DNA of 64,000 nt from Mytilus californianus (Eukaryota): contig NW_026262668.1 of the NCBI RefSeq assembly GCF_021869535.1, forward strand, positions 108,438,001 through 108,502,000, read 5' to 3'. This document shows, one piece after another, positions 1 to 13,300 of the stretch. The notes beneath the pieces are model-generated. The model was not told where the DNA came from. It made no database searches and saw only the letters and a program-made list of their open reading frames with translations. The translations under genes and the position numbers were made by a program. Each line of letters begins with the position of its first letter. Position 1 is the first letter of the stretch.

Positions 1-718
1 ATAAAAACTAAGGGTGGTATCAGATGCTTTAGGTTTCGTATGCTATAATTGTGGTATTGGTCTGTAAAACTATGAAATAACAATAACAGAACACTTTAAG
101 ACAATACATCTTTGGAAACTGGGAGACGTGACAACAATAAAATGTGACGAAACCAACCTTTGTTTATCATGGCTTTTACCGAGCAGCTTTTTTAAACTAC
201 AGTAAGAAATGACTTAATTCGACAAAAACACTTGAATGACTAACTAATTGTAAAATGTAAACAGTGTAAACAGTAGTAGTTTGTTGAGATTAAGAATTGG
301 GAAATTTATGAATGGATAAATAATCACTGTATAGTTTTCAATTGTGGATGCAAAAGAGAGGCAAAAGATACCATGGAATATTTAAACTCATATATCGAAA
401 ACTAACTGACAATGACATGGCAAAAAACGAAAAATGACTAAAAGGAAAAACAACAGTACACAAAACACAACATAGAAAAACTAAAGACTGAGCACCACGA
501 ACCCCACCAAAAACCGGGATAGTCTCGATCTAATAGTTGATTAATAAATGTCGAGGTATGAATCCCTGTTTGTTATGTCAGCTGTATGTTTTGTTTTAGC
601 TTGATAAGCTTTTTTTTTTTGGTAAAAACTAATTTCAATCCAAATTATGTTATAACTTGACATAATTTTTGTCTGTTTGCAAACTGGCTAACTGTATGAT
701 GATTTCGTCATATTTCAG

Positions 719-881
719 GTTTGACATAACGTCCATAATACAAGATGTAAGAAATGAGCTGGTTTATACGTCAGATAGATATGAAATGCCGATATTATCA
801 TCGACACTGAACAAAACATTATTTCTTGGAGGTTCTCCAAAGATGAAACCTGATAATGATAAACAAGATGAAGGAAACTAA
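719..881 (+). CDS. Terminal exon (caspase p10 C-terminal half) of an upstream caspase-family paralog (gene 0)
   Basis: tttcag acceptor at 718, phase 2, reads FDITSIIQDVRNELVYTSDRYEMPILSSTLNKTLFLGG...*; aligns with gene 1 last exon KDIRSILEDVKKEIICSLDNYEIPQSVTTLRYPVFLG. Confidence 0.85.
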
Positions 882-3404
882 GTTTTTAAGACATAATTAT
901 ATGATAGACCTTTTATGGAATTGTATCTAGTTTACAAGTTCATATTTACTTTAAAAAATATCAGGTTTGAACCATGATTTTATATTCATGTATTGACTCC
1001 TGTAACCAATAAATATTATTATCAGCATAATCTTCGAAACTAGAAGATAAAAATGACATCGAAAAGGAATGAATTGAATTGAATTCTATGTCAGTGATTG
1101 TTAAATTTTTCCTTTTTTATTATTATTATTTCCATGACGAAGTTTATTTGAGAAATAAAGTTTGAAAAATGTATATGCAGAAGTGTGTTAATGTTAGAAT
1201 TTTATGTACTTACGTCCTCGGAACACCAGCATAGATACATGTTTGATCTAAAGTTTGTGGAGTATTAAAACGATCATTTTCCAATCTGCAAATGGGAATC
1301 AGTGTTAAAATTGTATTTTACATCGTCTCTCTGATAATTGTTTCGATTGTCATCAATATAAGGTTTACATATATATTTAGCCCATTGGTGGCATTCTGCT
1401 GTTTTCTGCTCTTTGCTCGGGTTGTTGTCTCTTTGACACATTCCCCATTTCCATTTTCAATTTTTGGTCTTGTTTTGTTGTTTGAAAGGTGGGAGTTATT
1501 AATATCACCACCGAACCAGGTCCGGTAATTTTAAGATAAAGAGCAGCAATGACAGCGCTGCTCCTAAAACAGAAATTTTTTCAATAAATACCATAATGAA
1601 ATCGCGAATATAAAGCGAAGCTAATTTTAATTCAGTCGACAAATCGCGAATATAGACGGAGCGACAATTTCCAGGTTAATATTACTTTGAAGTAAAGTTA
1701 TATACCATTATATTTTTGAACGTTGTCTCATGTATGTTCTCGCCATTTGCCTTTTTCCCATCACGTTTAATGTAAATGAACGTATAATTAGAAGATACCT
1801 CCAATGAAATAAATATATAAGGTAGCAACATCTACAGTTCACTCTTTTCTTGCCTGGTGTGGTCGCTCTGATACAATGTGATTAGAAAACTGTGCATAAA
1901 ATGTTTAGAATATTTCAAGTACTTACCCTCAATGTTTGATGCAATTTCAAGTAGGAGAAACAGAAGGTTGTTGCCCTAGTAACGTTTCAATCATATTCAT
2001 AATTTTGAGATCTCCAAGATGTACTCAGTATACAGTTTTACAAAATGGTAACATGTTCTATTTATCTGGAATAGAATTAAAAAAGAGGTTACTATTTCCT
2101 CTCCTTGTATCCTTCAAAAATCCCTTTTCTGACAATAAGGAAAACTTGTCAGCGAGAACTGAAACACGTTTGATATACACCGATAAAATAAGATACAATT
2201 GCAGGGCTTGTCGTTAGTATGATTTAATTGTAATGAAATCGATGGAAGATTGCATTACAATTAATGCCCTCTCATTAAGTACATATAAAAATTGTGCGAT
2301 ATAACGCAAACCAACGGCTATTTTCCCCTTATTGCAAGTTGAAAATTATATGCTTAATATAGGAACCGTTTATCCTGGGACGGATGTCATAAATGTTAAA
2401 ACTCGAGAGCGTGAGGGAGTGACATGAATCATTAAAAAGTCGCCATCTACAATTTTGAAGTAAGAAAAGGAGAAACTTCCAATTCCTATTACACAATTGA
2501 TATTGTGTCAATAATGACTGGTGTCTTAGTCTTATAGTTCAATATATCGAATCTTTATTCTCAATACCACCGTAATGTGTCTAGAAATTCATATATATCC
2601 CAATATCATTAATCAGCAAGAGGTTAAAATAAGAAACCCTTGTAATCTTAAATTCATATGTGCTTGTGCAAACGTAGACTTTTGAACTGAACCTTAATGA
2701 AAAACACGATTTTTTTTAGTTTTTCTGTCAGTTATTTTAACCTGGATGCAGACGCAAGTCATTCATAAAGTGTCATTTTCATCAAATAGCCAGTATGACA
2801 TATTGCTTTGCACTGCGGTTGTCATAGTCTATCTCCTCTCTCATATTATCCTTTTATCTTATCCGTTTCTGCACTCTTCCTGTGAGGTATTGTTAAATTT
2901 AAGTGTTCATTTGGCGGTATAATGCAATTACAATAGTCAATACTTGATAACGCATGATCAGTGTTAAACTTTACAACTGTCTGAAACTTTAAACTTCTGG
3001 CAAAACTTCATGACGGCAATGCTGCAGTATACAAGAATTGAAAACAACTCGTCATAAATGTCATGCCTCCTAAGCGATTTTCTGGATTTACCTTCATCAG
3101 AAAAGCTCAAAGCCGAATATTTGTATAAGATCTCCAGAAGAAAGAACTTAGAAAAAACTACAATGTATGAAAGTTCCATTTATGAGCGATATGCTTTTTA
3201 AAAAAGAATCTTCACTTCGTTTGAGTTAAATTAAACATATCTCCAAAGGCAAATTTGAATTCTGATTCTTCAAACTAAAGGTTGCCCCTGTCCAAAATTT
3301 ACAATTCCAAAATTTTATTTGTCCATTTAATTTACAAACAAATTTGAGTAAAACCCGACCTTTCTTAATTTATTAATGTTGTAAATTTGTTATATAACAA
3401 AGAG

Positions 3405-3670
3405 AAGCGAAAGATACAAAAGAGACATTCAAACTCATAAGTCGAAAATAAACTGACAACGCTATAGCTAAAAAAAGACAAACAACAGTACACATATCAC
3501 AACAAACTAAAGACTGAGCAACACGAACCCCACCAAAAACTAGGGGGATCTCAAGTGCTCCGGAAGGATAAGCAGATCCTGCTCCACATGTGGCACCCGT
3601 CATGTTGCTCATGTAAGTAATAACTCGTTGGTAAGTCTAACTCGGTAGGTCACTTTCAGGAAAAAGGGGA
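3405..3670. repeat. High-copy repeat, 3' end derived from the Penelope-like family (further copies near 355, 6005, 12700, 36870, 40790, 42330)
   Basis: aactgacaacgc.atggc...actaaagactgagcaacacgaaccccaccaaaaac...gtgctccggaagg.taagcagatcctgctcc recurs and generates several spurious Cys/Val-rich ORFs. Confidence 0.8.
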
Positions 3671-4321
3671 CGGGATATCATTATTAAAATGTTAAAAGTT
3701 AGTTTCTATTCAATATTTGATCTGTAAACTTTCTTCAGCGGACTCGTCGATGTAACAAAGAAAAATTGTCGGCATTTGGTTAAACAATACCAAACTTTCT
3801 TATACAAATATATATACGAATGACCTGGAACATATTATACAAATAACTTTGACTATATCCTGGATAATCCTCTATATTATTTGGTATTGGTACTTTTAAG
3901 TAAGGTCAATCATTATCTTAAAATAAAGTATAAAACAATAATGATTTTGGCATATTTTTTTGTTTTTTGTTTTTTTTATGCTCTTTATCACTGCATTTTA
4001 TTTGGACTTCCAACGCTCTATGGTGTACCAAATTGTAAGCCTTATATCTTTGGTGAGATTTAGCTGATGTATAATATTGTGTTTAAATATGAAACTAAAT
4101 CCGTTATACTGAAAGTATGCTAACACAATTAATTAACGAAATCGAATCGTTCCAAATCAATGCCTAGTTAAAGTAAAGTTCAATAAAAATATTTTTGTTT
4201 TGTTTTTGGTTATTGGGTAAATATACAAAGCAAAACGCGATAAAAGCGTGACAAAGACTAAGATATAATTACAAACTTTTAATAAACGTCTTTATTAGGT
4301 ATACTACTGATAGTATTAAAA

Positions 4322-7300
4322 ATGGAAAACGAAAAAGCAACATCTAATGACCATAAAAAAGAGGACGATGACGAAAATCTAAGGAAGACTGAAACAAATA
4401 TATCAACAGAAACATTATTAACAGAGAAACGAAACTACAAAGAGGAAGAGGACCACCAGCATAAACTAAAGATTGAACCAACTACAAATACATTAGCAAG
4501 CATTCCAGACGGTGAAAGAACTAGGGCAATTGGGAATGTGATAATTAACGAAAGTACAAAACAAAGCAATGAAGCAACATCCACGAGAGACGAACTTATT
4601 CAGAAGATAGAACAACTTGAAATTCAGAAGAAAGCTCTAAGACAAAAACAACTTATAAAAGAAATACAATCATTACAATCAGAAGTACAAACAAACGTTC
4701 AAGAAGATTTGAAAACTGATTCATTTGGAAGAAATGACGTACCAAATGTTTCCAACAGTATGTACACCATTATGTATTGATACGAAACTATAACATATTT
4801 CAACAAATGTACAAATCTTTCTTGCAAAATATGGTAATAAATCTAAGTGATTCAAAGGATTATCTTAAAGTTATGATAGGGATATAGTAATTTGGTAATT
4901 GTTGTTTGGGGTTAGAGATCAACGGTCGGAATCCTTGGTGTTAAACGTACATTTAGTTATTTAACTCATTACAGAAAAGTGATTAAAATATTACATAAAT
5001 TGTTATAGATGCCGGATATTTTAAAAAGGTACCAGATTATGAGTGTAATCACAGTAATATTGTTAGCTTTATATTTTCATTTTATCCAAGGTGTAGCCCC
5101 TATGGCAACCGATATTTCAGCCCGGTCCAAATTTGATATGCAACTGCAAGAATTAAATGAGAAGATAGAACAGACAAGTAAATATGTGGAAGAAAGGAAA
5201 AAGGCGGAAGACTTGTCATCTCTTACTACAGAAGAATTGCATACTAAAGTCCAAGAGCTTAAACACAGGAAGGAGTTGTTATCCAAATTTCGACAAAAGG
5301 CGCAGGTAATATCTTTGATACAAGATTTACATACACAGGTGTCAGCAATGAAGGAAAATGTTAAAACTATAGAGGATAAAAGTAAGTACTTGTTATTTTT
5401 TTTCTTTCTATATCCTAAATCTGCTTAACGTAAATTTTTAATGCCAAATCTTTATGCAATCGCTACTTATGTTTCTACGGATTTCTACACCCTTGTTTTT
5501 GAAATGTTTGGGTTTAAGCGTTCCCGGAGAAGTTCAATCTAGAAAAGTGCTTCGGACACACGAAATTTGTAAAGTGTAATTTTTATTTTTCAACAACACT
5601 TAACGCAAGTTTCATACTGAACTGATATTTGATCTTGTGTATCAAATACCAGACTAAAAACCTTTTCAGCGATACATACATTGGTGTAAGGCAATATCTT
5701 GTATGCAATATATCAAGGAATATATGAAAATATACTATTTTCATACTACCAAATTTTGAGGTATATCATTTTTCGGCAGGTTACCTTCTGTGTGGAAAAC
5801 AGTAATTTTCCCCAAAATTTCACCGATTGTAAGCTTGATTTTGCTTCTTTCAGTTGTTTTTACTGGACCGAGTACTATATTGTCCCACCACAGAATTATT
5901 ATCCTGTCGGAAAATTGTATACTCCAGAGTCAAAAGTCGGTGATATGAAAATTGTTTATTAAACATCTTCATGGCCGGAATTGCTGAAATATCTTATTCA
6001 TTAAAACAAGGCTGAAGATACCAAAGGTACAATCAAATTCATAATTCGAATGAAACCGACGAAACTACGGCAAACAAAATCGATAGATACACAAACAAGT
6101 CTTCAAAGCACTGCATAGAAAACTAAAGAATGAGCAACACGAACTAGGATGAATTTTTAGTTGTAATCTCTGTCCTGCCTTTTTATTTTTCACACTATTC
6201 GGTCTTGCCTTTTTTTTATAAATTTATCCTGACTTTTTTTACATAAATTGTCATCCTGCCTTTTTTTTTTTGCAAAGTTGCTCATCCTGCCTTTTTTTTT
6301 TTTGCTCAAAGCTCCTGTCCTGCCTTTTTTCAAATTTCATCCTAGCCCCCTCCATAAAAATCAAATGGTAGCTCCCTTAATCAACTGCCATTTCTCTATT
6401 CAGTAATTTCCAGTGATCGTCTCAAGGCATATGCTTTGTCACCCTCTGAAATAGATGTTTACTGGGATCCAGCAGACTATACAGACTTGAAGGCTTATAC
6501 TCTATTCTACAGAAAACAAACAGATGATACAACCGTGTTCCATGCAGTACACCCAGATGTGTCTATGACGTCTTATGTAATAGAAGATCTTAAACCAGGT
6601 ACAATATACGATGTGAAATTAGAGGGCCTTGCAAATGAAGGATATCGAATAACTACTGAATCTTCCGAAACAACAACATCCAAACCGGGTATGTAGAAAA
6701 TCGTGTGTCTTAAATAAATTAAAGTTACAAAACAAAAAGCAGGTTTCATCCCACTTCATTAAAAATGACATTTGCAGTAAAGAATTGTTTTGTGAACTAT
6801 ATTATTAACAATAGAAAATATTAATTTTAGAAACAATTTTGTTTAATTTTTTTATGAATCTTACTTATGTTCTTATTTAATTACAAAATACTTTGATCGT
6901 TTCAATCTCACAAGAAACAAAGTGTAGCACCATAACATTTTGTAGCTAATTTATTCAATTCACTATCATCGGGGAACGTGAAAAACAACGGCCTGATTTA
7001 TGTACAAAACAACAAACGATAAACAAATTTGATATACAGCAACAAACGACAACCACTTAATTTCAGGTTCCTGATAGTTATCAAAGGTACCAGGATTATA
7101 ATTTAATACGCCCGACGCGCGTTTCGTCTACATAAGACTCATCAGTGACGCTCAGATCAAAATAGTTATAAAGCTAAACAAATACAAAGTTGAAGAGCAT
7201 TGAGGAACCAAATTCCAAAAAAGTTGTGCCAAATACGGCTAAGGTAATCTATTCCTGGGATAAGAAAATCCTTAGTTTTTCGAAAAATCGACTTGGAACA

Positions 7301-10300
7301 AGAACATACAGAATGTGGCGAGGTTTAAAGTTGTTTGCTTTAAAATTGAACGTAAATACACGTATTATTTTTCTAAATTAAAAATGTCGACCTGGAATTT
7401 GCGAAAATGAATATTATAAGTAATGATCAGCATCAATGCAAAAAGGGTCTATCAACGTTTAAATTTTTTTTCCAAACAAGTATATACTGATAACATGGAA
7501 TTATTTGCTTTGTAGTAAATGGATTTGCGTTAATCATAGCAAACCATTCGGATTTCCGATTGTCTCATCTTACGAATCTAGATGGTATTCAAACAGATAT
7601 ATGTAAGTAAATTGATATAATTCCAAAAAGAAATATGTATGTTAATTATTAGAATTTTGCAGTATTATCAATTTTTTTTATTTTTCTACGATCAACCCTA
7701 CCATCCCCAACGCCCAATTAAACTATCGACTACATCTTCTCCTTAAGCAATGCTTTTCCTACAAAAAAATGAATCGCAGATACAATTCCTTGTTTTAGGT
7801 CATAAAAAATCTTACTTTGTGAAGAAACATACTGATTCCAAAAACAAATACACTGAAATGACATAATCAATATGCTAGACATTTTGATCGATAACATATT
7901 TGTTGAGTTTGATGGTTTGATATTTCAACAAACAGTCTGTAATAGGTTCTAATTTTGCAACTCTACTGACCGACTTGTTTTGTATTGATATGAAGCAGAA
8001 TTCATACAAAACCTTCTACAAGACAAGAAGAAAAAGCATCTTGCAAAGTTCTATAATTTCTCTTTCAAATATATTGAAGACATCCTGTCACTTAATAACC
8101 CCATTTCAGTAAGTGCATGCACCTCCTATTTCCTGGAATTAAGGATACTAACGAACCTAGAAGGTCTACTACTTGTCTTGATCTTTTCCTTGATATTAAC
8201 ACAGATAAACGACTTTAAACTAGAATGTTTGAGACACGTTTTAATTTCAACGTTCCAAATGTAAACTTCCGATTTCTCAGCAGTAACACACCATCTGCCC
8301 CATCGTTCATACTTAATCCCTTTTGTAAAACTCAATTCAAAGATTATCATCCTCGTCCTGAATATACATGTACATGAAACATTTATCACTAAACGTTAAA
8401 AAATTAACACACAAACGATATGCAATTTGTAATTGGCTTTCCCCGAATTCGGATTTATATTGTAGTTCTATGTTATCTTAGTTTAATTTCTTTTAAGTGA
8501 GCTTTAAAGAGCAATTAGAAGATTTCGGGTTTGAAGTTTTGATCGAAGAAAATATAACTGGACTTGAAATAATCCAGGCAGTGGAAAAATATTCATCCCG
8601 TCTAGAGCAACAGCACATAGACTGCTTTTTATGTGTTGTCACTGGGTACATGTATAATGGTTATATTTATGGAATAGATGGAACACCAGTTTTATTGAAT
8701 AAAGTGTTTGAACCACTACGAGTTGCCGATAAAAAGGAACTAGACAAATGTGAGATTGGAGAAGGCAAAGTTAAACTTTTATTTGTCGATGCATTTAAAG
8801 TACGCGAGCATGTCATCGAAGAATTGGATGGTAAGATTGTGAAATTTATATCGTACTAATTTTTATGTAACGTGATGTCTAAAAATTATAGTTGATAAGG
8901 AGTAAATCACTGTTAAATAACATCTAAAATAGTTACTTGCAATATTGTCTTGGAAAATCTACCCCATAACTGCTATTCCCAACAACGTATACAGTGTTTA
9001 CGTATTTAAAGGGGGTTGCCCCATTACTTTGCCGAAACAAAATTGAAGAGAAATAATTTAATAAATCGGACTTCTACCTTCTATTGTAATGCCGTAAATG
9101 GAACTAATATATTAGAAATGATAAACTCGGGAACATTCTTCCAGTCGAAATATGCTAACTGATTTAGTAGACATGGTTTTTTTCGGACGATGGTGTGACG
9201 ATTTAAGATACTAATTTACCTGTCACAAGTTCTGTCAATTTCAATTTAATGTCATGACGAGACTTTAGAGAAACCTGTTTTTAGTGTTGTTTGATTTTTG
9301 GCGGAGTTAGACGAAGTCCATCACCGTCTTTTAGTAATATGATGTCGGGCGGATGGTCGGGCAGGCATCCAGACTTGGGAACTTAGTTTTTTTTCAGCAA
9401 AAGTGACGAAAGAGGGTACACGTTTTGTGTAATCAACTCCTCCTATACAGTGTTCAATCCAGATAACAGACTTCACAGGACGATTGTATATATGTTGAAG
9501 TTGTGTAAATGCTCAGCCTCTTGTGAAATTGTGATTTTATTTACTTTGAAACTTTTTTCAAAAGATTTTAAAAAAGAGGAAACAAATTTTTAGCTCCTAT
9601 AGTTTCAAACCCAAATCCCTGAAACTTCACAAGAAGATTGCACAAAAGTTTAAATTGTGCAACTAGTATTATAGAGTAAGTTGAAAGAAGATTTTTTCAT
9701 ATTTCTTCTTCCCCTTCATGTAATTGTAAACATTCTACATTGATTAGTCATACATTTTGCAACCTGGCCATTTGAGACTTTGTCTAATTTTTGTTTGATT
9801 ACGCAGCTGTATTCAAGCAGTAGCCGTGAATCTTACTTTTATCATTCAATTCTGTGATTTTTTTCAGACTCGTTACAACCAAGAGCAGTTCAATTTCGAT
9901 CGACGTCAAAGACAGTTTTAGAAGCTTCTTGGAAAAGGCCAAAACTTACCAAAAGGAAATTAAAGGACTTTAAATTATTGCTACACAATACATTTACATC
10001 ACAAATAAAACATGTACCTTTTAATCAACAAAAAGATAGTTATTTCTGCAAATTCGATAAACTAAATTCTAATACAGAATATAACTTAGAAATTTCTGCT
10101 GATTTTGAAGACGGCTGTTCTGGAAAGCCAGTGAAAGCCACATTGACAACGTTTCAACCACGTAAGTTAAATGCATTGTCTATAGGTCAAACTATGAATA
10201 GAAGCGGTAGAGAAACTTTTAATAGTATAACTGAGTAATATTACCGACTTACATTTTCATTGTGATAAAAAAGTGTGTTTGTCGCACTTCATAAATACAG

Positions 10301-13300
10301 GATAAAATCACAATATAAAGTAAGGAGATGTGGTACGATTACCAATGTGAAAACTATCTATAATGACGTGGATAAGAGCAAATAAAAATCCCGTAAGGTC
10401 TTTAAAAATGGGCAATATCATTGTATCAGTGTTTAGAATTTAGAAAAAGTTTTTTAAGAAATTTATGGTAAATAAATCCCTGACTTGATATTTACCAGTT
10501 ATACATAGATTGTGTTCATTGAAATATAAAACATCATAACAGACACGAACATAGCAATCGAGGATGAATGCACACGATAAATAAAGGGTCAAAGAAATAT
10601 CTAGTACAAAAAAGGAAAATTACCAATAGGGAACGAAATATCCTCCCTATTGCCTAAATATTTGTTTTGATTTTACTGTTTGAAACTGAAATATCCTAAT
10701 CTAGCAAAAGGATAAGTCTTGCTGTTGATATCAGATTTATTTAAATAAAATTCTCTTGTGTAGATTTCCACAGACTTATTAGGGAATTCTTGATTATTTA
10801 AATCAAGATTTTCATCAAGGTAGCGATAAGTATATTAATTATCAATTAAATGGAATTTACACAAATTTTACTGAGTTAGGTAATAAATGCGATTCATAAC
10901 AATACAGTTTGTCAAGTATGTCAAGGTAAGGTTGGGGCCTCGGTGGCCGAGTGGTCTAAGTAGTTACTACTGTAATCACTAGCCAGTCAACACTGAGGTT
11001 ATGAGTTCAAACCCCGCTCGTGCGGGTGCACTCGACTCAAATCTTAATTGACTAGGATTGTCAGTTTTCCTATCGAAGGTCGGTGGTTTTCTCCGGGCAC
11101 TCCGGCTTCCTCCACCAATAAAAACTGGCCGCCACGAAATAGCCCAAAAGCGGTGCTTAAAAGTGGCGTTAAAACACCAAAAATCAAAATCAAATCAAGG
11201 TAAGGTTGAACGATCTGTATAAGTCTTCACTCCTTTTTTTCAGAATTTATGCAGCCTAGAAAACTTTCAGTAGAAGCAGTATCGTCTTCTCAAATCTATG
11301 TCTACTGGATACCACCAAAACCCGAGTCCCGGGCAGTAATGGGTTATAAAGTGTCAATCAGGGATCAAACACACGAAGAGTATAGTCAAAAGATTACAAC
11401 TTATACATGTATTGTGTTTAACGATCTAAAGGAAGGCACAGAGTATAATATATCTGTGACAACGATTGTAAAGGGGAAAGTAATTGACATTGAAACTGAA
11501 GTCAGAGACGAAGAAAGTATGCCAGTATATATTGATATAACTACACTTGCAGATCGTAAGTTGTGAAAATGAATAAGAATTATAATATCAACGAAAAAAC
11601 GATAGAGTCATGCTGATTTTACATCATTATGTAAAAATTGTCTCAAGTATTCTATAACCAAAGGAAACAGAATGTTTATAATTGTATTTATGATTATTAA
11701 TTTATTGCGGATAAAATGCTAGTGCAAGAAATGTGTCAATAGTCATCATACACCATCAAAATAGTGTCATATAATCCTAGTAAATACAAATTTAATGTAA
11801 CAAATGTGCATGTTGGCAGTTGATGTCTTTTCAGTAATTGTTAAAATATCTTGGAACATTAAATGATGAAAGTCCCGAACAACACACACACACACAAACA
11901 ACCTTTGGATAGTATATGTATAGTATGGGATTTTCATATTTGCATGTATCTCACTATTTATAATCTTTAACAATATTTACTTTTAGGAACACCTTCAATG
12001 ATGTCAGGTAAGCAATTACACTTCACACGTTTTCAGTTTTATAAATATATATGAATAGCTTAAACTTTTCCCTATGGTTTTGTTTCTACCTTGATTTGTT
12101 ATTTACATGGATTTAAGAGATTTGAACATTGGTAATCTACTATTGCCTCTAATTTATATGCCGATGAATATTAGTGTAAAGTGTAATAATTTCGCGGATT
12201 GGATATTAAATGAAAACGGTCAAAACTTTTCTGTGTAAAAAAAAGTATTTTATGGTGTTTTGTTTTGCATATATAAGGTATGCCACGTGCTTTGTATATA
12301 TAAAGTATGTTACGATTGTTTGTTATTTATTACAGGATCAACAGTTCAGTATATATTAGAAGAGCCAGACTTTTTCATTGCATCTGCAACTGCAACTACT
12401 GTATACAAGTCTTCAACGTCATCGTTTCTTAATACTTTGAAGAGACATCTAGCGGAAAAGTACGAAAAGTATGTTTGCTTCTTTTAACTAATAAGGAGAA
12501 GTTATTCCAAGTTAAAAATCTGGGATCGGAAAGATAAGAAAAAAGAAAAAATATAATATTAAGAAAGTTTACAAAAGTATAAATTATATTTCCCATTCAG
12601 AACAGGGGATATTTCGTACTTTAAAATAAATGACCACCAAAAGATAAATCAAATGTCTTGACACTTTTTCCAATCGTCCATTCAAACTTTAATGTTGTGA
12701 ACACGTATTTGTTGCTTAGTCTTTAGTTTTCTATGTTGTGTCATCTGTACTATTATTTGAATGTTTGTCTTTTTATTTTTGGCCATGGCGTTGTCAGTTT
12801 GTTTTCGATCTACGAGTTTGACTGTCCATCTGGTATCTTTCGTCCCTCTTTTAAACAGTTTACAACATATATACACGAAATGTCTCAATGAAACACTTTG
12901 ATATCTCTTATTTTTAAATTGTTTTAGCTTACCAATGGTTTTGTCTCAGTAAAACTTATTACAGAAACAATGTTTATTACGCCCTTTTAGTCTACACGAG
13001 ACACTCAAATGGCACTCGAATTAAAACAGTTGGAAGGCCAATTGAATTAAAGTTGAACAGAATCTTAAAATTAAAAACAAAATTAAAAAAAAAAGATGTG
13101 TAAGATCTAGCTCAGGCTATCTTAGCCTTAGGATTGAAAAAGTGTTTCGACAAATTTTAATATTTCATGAGCTGTAATTGTACAGAAAATAACCGTATTA
13201 ATGATATATTAAGCCGGCACAGAATTCATGGCTGCAGGACTGGCGAAACGCTCACCAGCAGTGGCATCGACCGAATGTTTGTAAAAACTCTTCAGAGACC

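Noticed and set aside
3373-3612. Cys/Val-rich small ORFs (also 18233, 36747, 40820, 52355)
   Set aside because: They are readings of high-copy interspersed repeats that recur throughout the window.
10934-11020. Possible tRNA gene
   Set aside because: It is the tRNA-derived head of a SINE, with a central domain, tail and TSD; I see no proper cloverleaf.
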